Virus record (IMG/VR): IMGVR_UViG_3300036832_000827
Coordinates: 4,916-68,915 of that record
Length of the DNA: 64,000 nucleotides
Origin: a virus
Strand: one strand, 5' to 3'
Notes under the pieces: model-generated
Told to the model about the DNA's origin: nothing
The model's database searches: none
What the model saw: the letters and a program-made list of their open reading frames with translations, nothing else
Position numbers and translations under genes: made by a program
Shown: positions 36,201 through 45,529 of the stretch, piece by piece
Layout of the letters: every line of letters begins with the position of its first letter
Numbering within the stretch: position 1 is the first letter of the stretch

Positions 36201-39200
36201 ACCGTGAATCCCCCCTTGTCGCGAAATAGGGCGAGTTCCTTACCGGGATTCTTCTCTTGAAGCTCGGTTAATTTTGCTTTGGCGGTTGCCTTATCGGTCG
36301 GTTCTATGAGGCGATCGATCCTCTCGGGCGCGAATGGCGTCTCTTCGGCCTTGGTCTCGGGTTCGATCCGCTCGGCCGCATTGCTGTCTGCGATCTTTTT
36401 GAATTGCTCTGGCGTGAGTAGGTGGACATCTCCAGCCTTATTTTCGAGTTCGACCTTTCCCTCATCGTTGATGCCTTCAAAACGATAGGTGCCTTTCGGG
36501 AGGCCGGAAACGTCGCGGTTGGTCGCGATGCGATCGCCTTCCCGGAACTCCGTCCCTTTCTTTGTGGTGATCGCTGCCTCGGCTGGCTTGGTGACGGCTG
36601 GCTCTTCTCTCGGTGCTTCGGCCTTTGAGACTTCGGGCGGCTCGGTCACTTTCGCCGATGGCTCGGCGGGCTTGGCTTCGACTTGGCCCGTTGCCTCATC
36701 GACAAATTTATAGATCGCGTCGATCGCATTGTCGCGGGCCTCTTCGGATTTGAAGTAAAGGGTCTTTGTACGGTCGTTGGCAAAGTCCAGTTGGAGCCCG
36801 GCGTTTGCAACACCTTCAATCTGCGCTTTTCCGCCTTTTGTGATCCCGGTAATTGATGTCGGCTTTTCTTCTGAATAGGAAATACCCCTAAAGTTCTCTG
36901 GATATTCGCTAAGAAATCCAAGAGCGTCATTGTTTTTAGCTCCGAGACCGTGAAGGGCGCTGTTGTCAAGGCCCTCGATGTCGCGGGCCATTATTCGTGG
37001 TTTTTGAGTCGATGGCTCGGCAGGCTTCGCGGCGCGTTCGGCTGCTGCGGCCTCGAACGTCTGACCAGGTGTGGACAGAAGATCCTTGGGGTCCATCTTC
37101 CCACTAAGGATGTCGTCGATGGCTGCGGCGTCCTTTTCAGGATCGAGATGGTATTTCTTGATTAGGTCGGCGCGGCGTGTCGCCTCATGCTCAGCCTCAA
37201 CGGCGGCAGCTTTCTGCTCGGCGATCGTCGTGGTCGGCTTCCCTGGCTTGGTTTCTTCGGTGGTTTTTAGTTCTTCCGGCTTTCCAGCTCGTGCCTCAGG
37301 CGATCCTTCCTGATCTGGCCGCGAAGCTTGTTTATCCTCTTGTTTAGGGCCTCGCTGTCCTGTCTCATCTTCAAGTTCCCTTCTTTCAATGATCTCTCTA
37401 CGAGCTTGCTGATATATCCGGTCGAGGTTGGTTTCCTTGAGGGGTTTTCCATTCGCTAAGAGACTATCATAGAGCTCCGACTTCTTAAAGCCCTTAATGC
37501 TGTCGTGCGGCAACGGGTCTTCCTCTGTCCCATATTTTGCTATAACGTCCTTCAGCCAGCCTGGGAAAAACTTACCTTCGCGAAAGGGAATGATCTGGTT
37601 TGTTATGAACGCATCGGCGGCTTGAATGGTGTCCAGAAATGCATCGGCGGTCTTGCCGTCTTTAGGCAGCGCGTCACGGTGATTGGCAATCCAGTCAAGC
37701 CACTCTTCGGGCGTCATGTACGACGAGCGCTCCTTGCCGAACTGCTCCTGGGCCATCTTGTCGCGGAAAGCGGAAAACGCTGTTTTGAAAGCGGCGTGGT
37801 CGGCGTCGGCCGGCAACGCGTGGTCTCCCAGGCCGATCGCTTTAAGTAGCTGGTTGACCATCTTGATGCGGTCCGCCTTCTCCGCGTCGGGCATGGCTCC
37901 TTCGAGGCCAAAGCGGTCGATCATGTAGTTGTTGACCATCCCGTGAGGTCCGGGTATGGGCAATTCTTTAAGTCCTTTGACCTGGTCGACGGAGATCCCT
38001 AATTTCTCCGCGATGGCGTCGTCCGTCTTGCCGTCGCGCTTCATCCGGCGCGCTTCTCTTGTGGCCTCTGGCGTGAGTGGCTCGGGTTTGCCGGGAAAGA
38101 GTCCTGGCACTTCGCCAACTCCGGCACCCACGGTCGCGGGTTCGCCTTCCTTGGCAGGTTCGGGTTTTACTTCTTCAGCTTTAGGGGTTTCAGCGGCGGG
38201 GGCTGCGGCAGTGGTCGCGGCGCCGGGGGCGGTTTCGGCTCGTTCATGATCTGCGCGTGGTTCGTTCTCAAGATCCGGCCCAGCACCCTCGGGCTGAACT
38301 CCCTGCCGTGCTTCGTTATAAGCCTGGAATATCGCATCGCCGTGGGTAGCTCCACTTTCGGCGTCGGTGGCAAGGGGTTCAAGGCCGTGTTCGAGCTGCT
38401 TGTCGTCGTAGGCTTGTCTAAGTCGTCTGACGTCGGGGTCGGATTCGTTGAATCTGAGGTTGCCATTCGGGTCATAGTCTACTCCTTCGTCGTTATCGAT
38501 CCTATCGCGTATTTCGTCCAGGATCTTTTGAGCTTCCGGGTCTTGGAGAAAGTTCTTCGTGCTCCGGATCAGCGCGGCCTGTCTTCGGGCGTACTCTCCT
38601 GCGGCTTCCGGAGCGTTGTCACGCTTGCGGACATATTCCTCTTCGGCTGCGGCGTAGTCGGTGTTGTCGTAAAGCTTCTCGAAATCATCCTTCGAAAAGT
38701 GCAGGCCGCGTCCCGTTTCCTTGTGACTGGCGACGTCGTCTTCGATAGCCGTCCACAACTGATTGCCATTGGCATCTCGTCGGTCGGGCCAGAGGTCGCG
38801 CAGGTAGCCGGCATCCCAGGCCATCACGGCCATTTGCTCGGCGGTAAAGGGCGCGTTTTGGTTCTTAAGGCCGGAACTGCCGGTCTCTTTGTCCGACAGA
38901 CGCCGGCCCTCGCCGCTGTCTCGTGATACTGGTCTGATCCCGCTTTGCCCGTCTCGCTTCTGGCGCACCCATTGGGAAAGCGACTTGACTCCCTGCGGCA
39001 CGGGCGGCTGCGTTTTGCCGCCTTCTTCGGTGCCGGGTCCGCCCATTGCCCATGGCGGGACTTCTTCCTCTGTTGGCGGCTTCGCAGGTTCGGCTGCGAT
39101 TTCCGCTTCACCCTCAGATGGGACGTGTATTGGAAGCGATGCGTGTGCGGTGGGTGTGATTTTGTCGCCTTCTGGCCTCTCAAAGTGAATTATCACATCT

Positions 39201-42200
39201 GCGGCGGCCCCAGTTCCGGCTCGCTCCCCGACGCCTTCGCGGGTTTCACGAATGTTTACTTCGACGGGCTTGCCTCGATGTGGGCCGGTCGTCTCCCAAT
39301 CTTCAACGTCATCGGGATGTGGTCTGTATTCCTGTTTGAATTGTTCCCAAGATATAACGCGCCCACCTAGTGTGGTCTTTCTGCCGTCAGCTCGAAATCC
39401 ACTGAAAACCGTTTTTCGAACGCCGTCCTTTTCAGTTGTTTCCGCTGTCCACGTACCGCCTGACGGGTTCGTGCCGCTTGTGGGGCTTTCTGTCGGCGTC
39501 TCGGCCTTTGGCGTCGGCTGGGCTACTTCTTCTCTTCGAAGTCGCTCACGCTCGTCGCTGAGCGCGGCGTGTTCGTGGGTGCGGTCTGGCAGCGGCAGGC
39601 GGTTATCGCCCGTGATCGCGGCGATACGTTTGTCGAGCTCCTTGATGGCTCCTGGCCGGCCGTGTTTCTCTACAAGAGCGTTCGCCACTTGTTTTGCGTT
39701 GGCCTTGGCCTTGTCTTTGTTGGCTTGCTCTTCGGCTGCGGCCTTGGCCTTTTCTTCCGTTGCGGCCTTGGCTTTGGCCACTCCTTCGAGGCGGCCGGGC
39801 TCGTTCGCGATGTAGTCTGCGGCGTCTGTTTTTGGAACGTTCGCATCCGGCAACTTGCTGCGGTAGACTTTCTCACCCTTCGGGCCGTAATTGAACCGGC
39901 GCGCTTCCAGGGAACCGGTCGGCGTCTGGCGGCCGGTAAGCTCAACCATTCCGTGCTGCGGGTGCATGAAGGTCTGACCTGCGAGATCGCTCGTCGCCTT
40001 TGGCGTCGGCATCTTCCCGGAGTCGAGTTCTGCCCTGCCTCGTTCGCTTATCAGTTGGTGAGCGTAATCCTCGTATGAAAGTCTATACGTGTCGTCCGAA
40101 TTGAAGTCGACGATCCCTGCCTTGTGAAGTTTGCGGAGAGCTTTCTGGACCTGGTCGAGTGGTGCGTTGTTGAGTGCTTTCGCGATCTCCGTAGAGGACA
40201 TTCGCTTGTCGCCAGTCAGGGCCCTGATGATCGGCTCGGCGTGCTTATCCCTGTTGATCGCGTATGCGACATCCTGGACGCGCGGGTTTGTTTTCCGCAG
40301 AGCTCCTTCTTCGGGCTCTTTGATCCCTGCGATCGGCTCTGCGCCGGGTGCTGTCGCGGTCGGCTCCGCTGCTGCGGTCGGTGCTGCTGTCGGCGCTGCT
40401 GGCTCGGGAATGTTAATTCCCGCTTTCCTCGCAGCGTCACGCAGCGCGGCCGGATCGCGAAGTCTGCTGGCGTCCGGTTTCACCGATTTTACGATCTTGC
40501 TGGCCTGCTTTGGATCTACTCCATTTGCGACCAGATATTTGTGTGCGTCCTCTGCCCCGAGTGGCTCTTCTGCGGGTGCAGCGGCCGTAGTCGGCTCGCC
40601 TGTCGGCGTTGTCGTCGGTTCGCCTGTCGGCGTCGTCGGCGCTGCGGGTGGAGTCTCGGTTGGTGGCGTCGGTGGAATTATCGGTTGGCCGGCGATGCCA
40701 AGCGGTTCTGTCGCCGTTCCTGTCGGCGTCGGCGTCGGGGCTCCTGGCGTTTCCTCGGTCGGCGGCGCTTGATATTGGTCGGTAAGCCCGAGGGGCTCGG
40801 CTCCGAACCTACGCGGGCCTTTGACGCCTGGCGCTTCTGGTGCTTCTGGATATACGAGCGGCGGTTTTGCCTGATTGCGCCAGTCATTGACCGTTCTTAA
40901 CTCGGCATCGATGTCGTCGATGCGAGAGCCGCTTCCCGGTTTGGGAACCTGTATGTCTTCCTGGGCCGCTGTCGAATTCGGAAAGAGACGCTGATAATTC
41001 GCGTACTCCGCATCTGTCATCGGCCGGAGTAGCCCTTGCTTCTCCTTATAGAGGTTGTCCTCATGCTGGCTGAGCACGCCGATATGTCTCGGCCCGATGA
41101 TCGCCTGCTGCACGCCGTCCGGCACCTTGCCCGTAACGTCGGTCAACGTGATGCCTCCGCCTTCCTTTTTGGTGATAAGGACATCTCTCGGATTCCCCTG
41201 GTTGTCCGGCAAGCGGATAAACTTGTTGTCCAGTTTTTCGAGAGTTTTGATATCGGCTTCCGTGGGGTCGGCTGTTGTTCTCTTTCCCTTACCGGCCATC
41301 GCAAAGTGCAGGATGCCCATGAGAAGAGCTTGGTCCAGCGCCTCATCCGATGTCCCGCCTTGGGCCTTCACCTGACCGTAGGTGATACTTCCTATGGTTG
41401 CGGCTCCGAGACTTTCGTTGGTGAGCCTTGAGATGATCTGTCCCGCTCCGGCTGTCGTGTCGAGGCCGACGCTTGTGGCCAGCTTTTCGATCAGCGGTCC
41501 GGTCAATCCTTCGAGGATCGCCGGCGTCTCAAAAACTGCTCCGGTGAGACCGTCCTTCCAGGATTGCATAACCATCTCGCCGAACGGTCTGTTGGTGTTC
41601 GTCAAAGCTCCGTGAATGGCAAAGCCAAGGATCGGATCGCCGCCCGCCGCTACCGTTGAGCCGATGATTCCGGGAAAATCGCCAAGCCCCTGCGCGGCTG
41701 CGACGACCCTGCTGAAATTCGGATTTGGCTGGCCGTTTGGGAGCTTCTCGGGATTTGCTGCCTGGGCGGCGATGCCTGCCCCTTCGGACAATCTATCAAG
41801 CCAGGCGCTGGCGTTCCCGCCTGTTGCCCAGTTAAGCACCGGCTGCGTGTAGCGTAAGGCTCCCGCTCCCATCGCCGCTATGTCCCTGACCAACTCAAGC
41901 CCAGGCTGCGTGCCAACACGATTGAGAAGATTTTCCTTCCCTATCGTCTGACCGGCCTGCTGCATCTGAGCGATCTGCTGGTCGGTCATCTTTGTCTTGT
42001 TGAAATCGATGTCCTGAGTCAGCAAGTCTCGTTTGGCTTGGGCGACAAGTGCCGGGTTGCCTGCTACGGCGTAGGGCATGAGGTAGCGCTCAGCCGCCAG
42101 GGAACCGAGTTGCTGCTGCTGCTGCTCTGTCTTAGCTTTCTGTAAGTTGCGGAAGCTTCCGTAGTTTCCTAAAACGTTACTGACGAGGTCGTTGAGTTCC

Positions 42201-43732
42201 TTCGTGTGAGTACTTACATAATCCTGGTCGGGAAAGCCTGCCTGCTGCTTGATAGCGTTATAGGCTTTGGCTTCGTCATTCGCATCGGTTCTGAGACCTG
42301 CCTGCTGGTCGGCAAATATCTGTGCGAGATAGTCATCGTTGCCGTTGTTCTTGAGCAGCGTCGCTTTGTAGTCCTGCGATACGCCCTGCGCCTGTTTTGT
42401 CTGTCCGTACGCGTCAAGGATCTTTTGTATGAACTGGCTTGGGACAAGCTGCTGATGGGCCTGCCCGGTTTGAGCATTCGACTTTGCCAGATCCTCAAGG
42501 TTGCTCTCGGTCGTGCCGCCGCCCATCTTGTCGGCGTACTGCATCGGCTGTCGATCGACGTAAGCCTTCACAAAGTCGTACGGAACGCCCGTCGCCTGTG
42601 AGATACGGTACGTACTGGCGTCTTTTATGAACTGCGAATAGGTTTGGTCGGCCGGTTTTTCTCTCAGGTCTATTCCAAACTTGATGTCTTGCGGCGCGTA
42701 CTGGTTCGTGACAACGTTGGCCATCTGGTCCGGCGCTGGCGGCTGAGCGGGTTGTGCTGGTGCTCCGGGAGCTCCGGGCGCCGTGGGCGCTCCGGTTGGC
42801 TGCTGCTCTCCGGGCTGTCTGTATGTGATCTGACTGGGATCGATCTGCTGGCCGCCCTCGGTGTAGCCCGTATCCGGGGCTACCTCCGTGTTGGCTGAGC
42901 CGGTAGGCTGTGCGGCCGCCTTGAAAAAATCGTCCCGCGAAATTGGCGTCTGGCCTTGATCCTGGGTGAACTTCAAATACTGCTGATAGTCATCCTCGCT
43001 CGCCGGCGCAGCATTTTCGGCTGGAGCCTGTGTTGCGATCGGAAGTGTCGGCGCTACTGTCGTCGGCGCCGGCCGCGCTCCGGGAAGTGTCGCGGGCGAT
43101 GGCTGCTGTCCAAGGAACTGCGCAAGGCTTGGAGCATTCGCTCTGGACGCGGCCAATTTCGCGCTGATGTTGCGGACGTAGTTCTGTGTTTCTGGAACGT
43201 TTGGGATCTGCCCGTTTCGAAGGGCCTGCTTATATTCGCCCCCGTTGTATCCGGCAAGTGCGAGATTTTCGTCGCCGCCAAACTGATCGAGAAGTTTCCG
43301 CATGTAGCGGGCCTGGCCGTTGATCGATTGGATAGGATCGGTTCGATCGGTGACGCCGTACTTTGCGGCGGTGGCGGGCATGAACTGACCTGCCCCAAGC
43401 GCTCCGGCTGAGGAGCCGCGCCTTCCGTAGAGCACGTCCGGGCTGAAGCTTGTTTCCTGGCGGCCTTGTTCGAGAAGCAAGTTCGGGTCGACGTCGTTCG
43501 CGCGGCCGGCCTGTTCATAGAGACTGTCGAGTTTTGGGTGGCCGCTCGTCGTGTGAAGCAAACTAAAACCGCTCGGAAGATCTACGTTGTCGGCGTATGA
43601 CGGATATTTGCGTACGACGCGCGCCGCAAGATCGCTGTTGTCAAGATCGGCGTACTCGGGATATTTATCCTTGATCCGCTGAGCGAAATCGTCGACGGAC
43701 AGTTTCTGGTCAGTGTTGTCGCCATCGGCCAT
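33269..43732 (-). CDS. Giant internal virion/DNA ejection protein with N-terminal lytic transglycosylase, 3487 aa
   Basis: SLT motifs QETSF, GALGAGQFMPATA, ALAGYNGG within the first ~200 aa; last gene of the virion module. Confidence 0.75.
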   Translation of the reverse strand: MADGDNTDQKLSVDDFAQRIKDKYPEYADLDNSDLAARVVRKYPSYADNVDLPSGFSLLHTTSGHPKLDSLYEQAGRANDVDPNLLLEQGRQETSFSPDVLYGRRGSSAGALGAGQFMPATAAKYGVTDRTDPIQSINGQARYMRKLLDQFGGDENLALAGYNGGEYKQALRNGQIPNVPETQNYVRNISAKLAASRANAPSLAQFLGQQPSPATLPGARPAPTTVAPTLPIATQAPAENAAPASEDDYQQYLKFTQDQGQTPISRDDFFKAAAQPTGSANTEVAPDTGYTEGGQQIDPSQITYRQPGEQQPTGAPTAPGAPGAPAQPAQPPAPDQMANVVTNQYAPQDIKFGIDLREKPADQTYSQFIKDASTYRISQATGVPYDFVKAYVDRQPMQYADKMGGGTTESNLEDLAKSNAQTGQAHQQLVPSQFIQKILDAYGQTKQAQGVSQDYKATLLKNNGNDDYLAQIFADQQAGLRTDANDEAKAYNAIKQQAGFPDQDYVSTHTKELNDLVSNVLGNYGSFRNLQKAKTEQQQQQLGSLAAERYLMPYAVAGNPALVAQAKRDLLTQDIDFNKTKMTDQQIAQMQQAGQTIGKENLLNRVGTQPGLELVRDIAAMGAGALRYTQPVLNWATGGNASAWLDRLSEGAGIAAQAANPEKLPNGQPNPNFSRVVAAAQGLGDFPGIIGSTVAAGGDPILGFAIHGALTNTNRPFGEMVMQSWKDGLTGAVFETPAILEGLTGPLIEKLATSVGLDTTAGAGQIISRLTNESLGAATIGSITYGQVKAQGGTSDEALDQALLMGILHFAMAGKGKRTTADPTEADIKTLEKLDNKFIRLPDNQGNPRDVLITKKEGGGITLTDVTGKVPDGVQQAIIGPRHIGVLSQHEDNLYKEKQGLLRPMTDAEYANYQRLFPNSTAAQEDIQVPKPGSGSRIDDIDAELRTVNDWRNQAKPPLVYPEAPEAPGVKGPRRFGAEPLGLTDQYQAPPTEETPGAPTPTPTGTATEPLGIAGQPIIPPTPPTETPPAAPTTPTGEPTTTPTGEPTTAAAPAEEPLGAEDAHKYLVANGVDPKQASKIVKSVKPDASRLRDPAALRDAARKAGINIPEPAAPTAAPTAAAEPTATAPGAEPIAGIKEPEEGALRKTNPRVQDVAYAINRDKHAEPIIRALTGDKRMSSTEIAKALNNAPLDQVQKALRKLHKAGIVDFNSDDTYRLSYEDYAHQLISERGRAELDSGKMPTPKATSDLAGQTFMHPQHGMVELTGRQTPTGSLEARRFNYGPKGEKVYRSKLPDANVPKTDAADYIANEPGRLEGVAKAKAATEEKAKAAAEEQANKDKAKANAKQVANALVEKHGRPGAIKELDKRIAAITGDNRLPLPDRTHEHAALSDERERLRREEVAQPTPKAETPTESPTSGTNPSGGTWTAETTEKDGVRKTVFSGFRADGRKTTLGGRVISWEQFKQEYRPHPDDVEDWETTGPHRGKPVEVNIRETREGVGERAGTGAAADVIIHFERPEGDKITPTAHASLPIHVPSEGEAEIAAEPAKPPTEEEVPPWAMGGPGTEEGGKTQPPVPQGVKSLSQWVRQKRDGQSGIRPVSRDSGEGRRLSDKETGSSGLKNQNAPFTAEQMAVMAWDAGYLRDLWPDRRDANGNQLWTAIEDDVASHKETGRGLHFSKDDFEKLYDNTDYAAAEEEYVRKRDNAPEAAGEYARRQAALIRSTKNFLQDPEAQKILDEIRDRIDNDEGVDYDPNGNLRFNESDPDVRRLRQAYDDKQLEHGLEPLATDAESGATHGDAIFQAYNEARQGVQPEGAGPDLENEPRADHERAETAPGAATTAAAPAAETPKAEEVKPEPAKEGEPATVGAGVGEVPGLFPGKPEPLTPEATREARRMKRDGKTDDAIAEKLGISVDQVKGLKELPIPGPHGMVNNYMIDRFGLEGAMPDAEKADRIKMVNQLLKAIGLGDHALPADADHAAFKTAFSAFRDKMAQEQFGKERSSYMTPEEWLDWIANHRDALPKDGKTADAFLDTIQAADAFITNQIIPFREGKFFPGWLKDVIAKYGTEEDPLPHDSIKGFKKSELYDSLLANGKPLKETNLDRIYQQARREIIERRELEDETGQRGPKQEDKQASRPDQEGSPEARAGKPEELKTTEETKPGKPTTTIAEQKAAAVEAEHEATRRADLIKKYHLDPEKDAAAIDDILSGKMDPKDLLSTPGQTFEAAAAERAAKPAEPSTQKPRIMARDIEGLDNSALHGLGAKNNDALGFLSEYPENFRGISYSEEKPTSITGITKGGKAQIEGVANAGLQLDFANDRTKTLYFKSEEARDNAIDAIYKFVDEATGQVEAKPAEPSAKVTEPPEVSKAEAPREEPAVTKPAEAAITTKKGTEFREGDRIATNRDVSGLPKGTYRFEGINDEGKVELENKAGDVHLLTPEQFKKIADSNAAERIEPETKAEETPFAPERIDRLIEPTDKATAKAKLTELQEKNPGKELALFRDKGGFTVADIGEIGKRETEEGLAKSSRKEAQSDLFRPPKGDRTITPGDINFNAAEHLPEPETPAEDRAHIENYNKEVDQLRQEQAGLADKKDSELLRDATFTKDPKSPMIEMNVPALELMHRLLRRLGGVEPDERFLGLQMLPADVADVTNALKLARDSVSKEHPEMADGLDRIIKTFEDNVHPEHGLPTGLVDENYPTLSEGTRQEERFHQAHEELLGGKISDKGRGLQAYKKAEANLRTVPSYRNISDAGMYKEIMNKAYRDDGHLDLGLTRREVAELQLAYEKHLRSEGVTAERVRQALGGISKQTEKAIQRYEQRSRTSESQGHLPGMESEGKGQVPTELRDRGETRGPGGGQGQAAYGEGRPQPSELQQGKVPETRPVQQKLSFSATRKILGKLDDALTSGKVMRSARSLENFVNKNLNELRHVDPEAADEVVKYATTTAQIQAQILAGANPTPEIAKALRDQNMSDLQDSVEIAGLAKPLKPGAEPPSEIMGQPTTFLRIGNVPYTVPKWLAKELKPVLEHPDDPNIVNKTLNRLNMFGATGLLEPIYHTANLVGGLIGGTPFIGQDILSRTIGNTPATKILTGIIHVAMTDPLKGDPAMLRDMAESGAFPSEFANKTFSKKLAAQLGIEHTWNPIRPFLTGPKGIDTRSRIVMWKIAETINPNASRYEKAEFVQKLGIYNRALESQLSRSLKGSQLAPFFTAGSQMLKNGVLGWLNKTPLPTEGLSPGWRMARRAQQQFSGGVLGMLGMWAAASYAYRGVMPWNDKDSRFLQIPLNPKDRNSPLAKMIWGDNDKTAYVGLGMFSPLVERGARALGISGAYDTAILGGSKEQMLESGATGTINSIAGPLTSSPVVRAASIAATGYEPSLMALRDREGQYGAQFFKPPDLPKTAGIGRHILEGGLDLNPALGDIMHSLGVNRDKKQELTKGEGLAFVKSALDIAFPRLLKTAVQREKARAAIRAQREAMRRQEAKEAR

Positions 43733-43741
43733 AAGATTGAA

Positions 43742-45529
43742 TTACAAGATCCGAAGTCGGTCCTTACTCTTGGGAATTGGCCCCGCCCTCGGCGCTGGAG
43801 CCGGCAACGTCATCGCCTTGAGCTCTTGCGGCGGCTCAAGCTTCAGAGCTTTCAGTTGCTGGATAGCCTGTTGGCCGGCGACGGTCTTGCTCATTTCTTC
43901 CAGGTAGGTCTTCTGAGCGTCGTTGATCTTGCTGATCTGCTCCCGATACCCTACACGATCGTCTTCTTCCTTCATCTTGCTGAGATCGCTCAAAAGGTCG
44001 GTCACCCGCTGCTTGAAGTCTGTGGCCTTGGTGAGAGATCCGGCCGCCTGGCCGCTCTGCTGTGCAATGTTCTGGGCGATCTTGAGTGCCTTGTCGTTAT
44101 AGGCGGTTGTGTTTCTGACGTTTGCCCGCGCCATCCTGTTCTGCTCGGTGATGTTGAGCTTCTGGCGTTCGAATTCCTGCTGCTGTGCCGCCTTTCCGAA
44201 ATTGGCGACTTGCTCGCCGGTGAGTTTCAATGTCTGCCCAGGGTTGTTCGGGTCGGGGTAATCGTAGAGTCTCTTGCTTGGATCGATGGCCTGCTTTCCT
44301 GTCGTTGGGTCGATGTCCGCAACTCGGCTTCCGGTCGGTCGGTTGGGGTCGTTCTTGAAAACTCTCCAGCGGAGCCCGTTAGCGTCGGTTTCGGTCTCGA
44401 ATTTGTCTTTCTCGTTTTTGATCCTCTGCCCTTCCTGGTTTATGCGCTGCGATTCCTGATCGAATCTTTGCTGGTCGGCTTCGGCCTTTTGCCGTATGGT
44501 TTCGGTCTCGATCCCCGGCCGCGCTCGGTTGTACGCTGCCAGAGCGGCTTCCGATTCGATCTTCTGTCGTGCCTCGATCTGCGGAAGTACGCGGGCGAGA
44601 TCCCGCTGCTCCCCAAGCTGACTAAAGTAGTTGCGGTTCGTGCCGGCCGCGATCGCTCCGGGAAGTCCGCCGCCTGCCCAGCCGGCGAGAGCGGAACCGA
44701 TCTTTTGCCATGTCGACCATCTCTGGTTGACGTCGGCTCCGGGCGGCCGTTGCTCGACGGGATAACCTGCATCGCGCGCGGCCTGAGCGCTGGAGAATTC
44801 CTTTGTATCGTTCGGGTCGTCCGCTTTGCCGTAGAGACCTTTGGTGTAGTCCTTCATTCGCCGCAGACCTAATGCGTCCGTCGCGGCTGGCGCTGTCGCG
44901 GCTGGCGGCGTGACGGGCTCCGTTGCTGCGGGGGGTAGCGCGGGAAGCGTTGTCGCTGTCGTGTCTATCGTCGCCCCTGGAGTGGCCGTGGGTCTCAGCC
45001 ACGGCGGCGTGGCTCCTTGCTCGGCGGCTGCGGTGGCCGGATTAAGAATGCTCGCCATTTGCTGATAGGCTGGTGGCGTTATATCGATCGGGGTTGTCGT
45101 TCCTGGCGGTGCTCCCGGCTGAACGACGTTCTGGTCTTCTGGAATTAACGGCCGTGGAGCAAGATCGGGAAGAGTTGTCGGCGTCGAATCTGCCGATGTG
45201 TCTTGCGGGGTGGCTGTCTGCCTCAGCCACGGCGGCGTTGTCCCGCCAAGGTCCGGCAAGGCGGTCGCGGGCGGTGCTGCCGTGCCTCCAAGCGCCGGTA
45301 GCCCGAAAGCTGCCTGATTGTTTGCGATCTCCTGTGGCGAACTTACGAAGCTGCCGCCAGCCGATGCGCTATCGCTTCCGAGTGCCGGAGCTCCGCCCAT
45401 CATCGCCGGCATCTGGTCGCTATTGACCTGCCCGCCGCCGGCCATCGTGTTGCCAAGGTGGAACTTGTTTATCAGGTCTTCCAGAAATGGAATATTCTGC
45501 TGGGCCTGGTATGTGTCGCCTAGTGCCAT
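43742..45529 (-). CDS. Probable internal virion/ejection protein
   Basis: P/A/T-rich then coiled coil; likely start MALGDT at 45529; upstream of the giant ejection protein. Confidence 0.5.
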   Translation of the reverse strand: MALGDTYQAQQNIPFLEDLINKFHLGNTMAGGGQVNSDQMPAMMGGAPALGSDSASAGGSFVSSPQEIANNQAAFGLPALGGTAAPPATALPDLGGTTPPWLRQTATPQDTSADSTPTTLPDLAPRPLIPEDQNVVQPGAPPGTTTPIDITPPAYQQMASILNPATAAAEQGATPPWLRPTATPGATIDTTATTLPALPPAATEPVTPPAATAPAATDALGLRRMKDYTKGLYGKADDPNDTKEFSSAQAARDAGYPVEQRPPGADVNQRWSTWQKIGSALAGWAGGGLPGAIAAGTNRNYFSQLGEQRDLARVLPQIEARQKIESEAALAAYNRARPGIETETIRQKAEADQQRFDQESQRINQEGQRIKNEKDKFETETDANGLRWRVFKNDPNRPTGSRVADIDPTTGKQAIDPSKRLYDYPDPNNPGQTLKLTGEQVANFGKAAQQQEFERQKLNITEQNRMARANVRNTTAYNDKALKIAQNIAQQSGQAAGSLTKATDFKQRVTDLLSDLSKMKEEDDRVGYREQISKINDAQKTYLEEMSKTVAGQQAIQQLKALKLEPPQELKAMTLPAPAPRAGPIPKSKDRLRIL

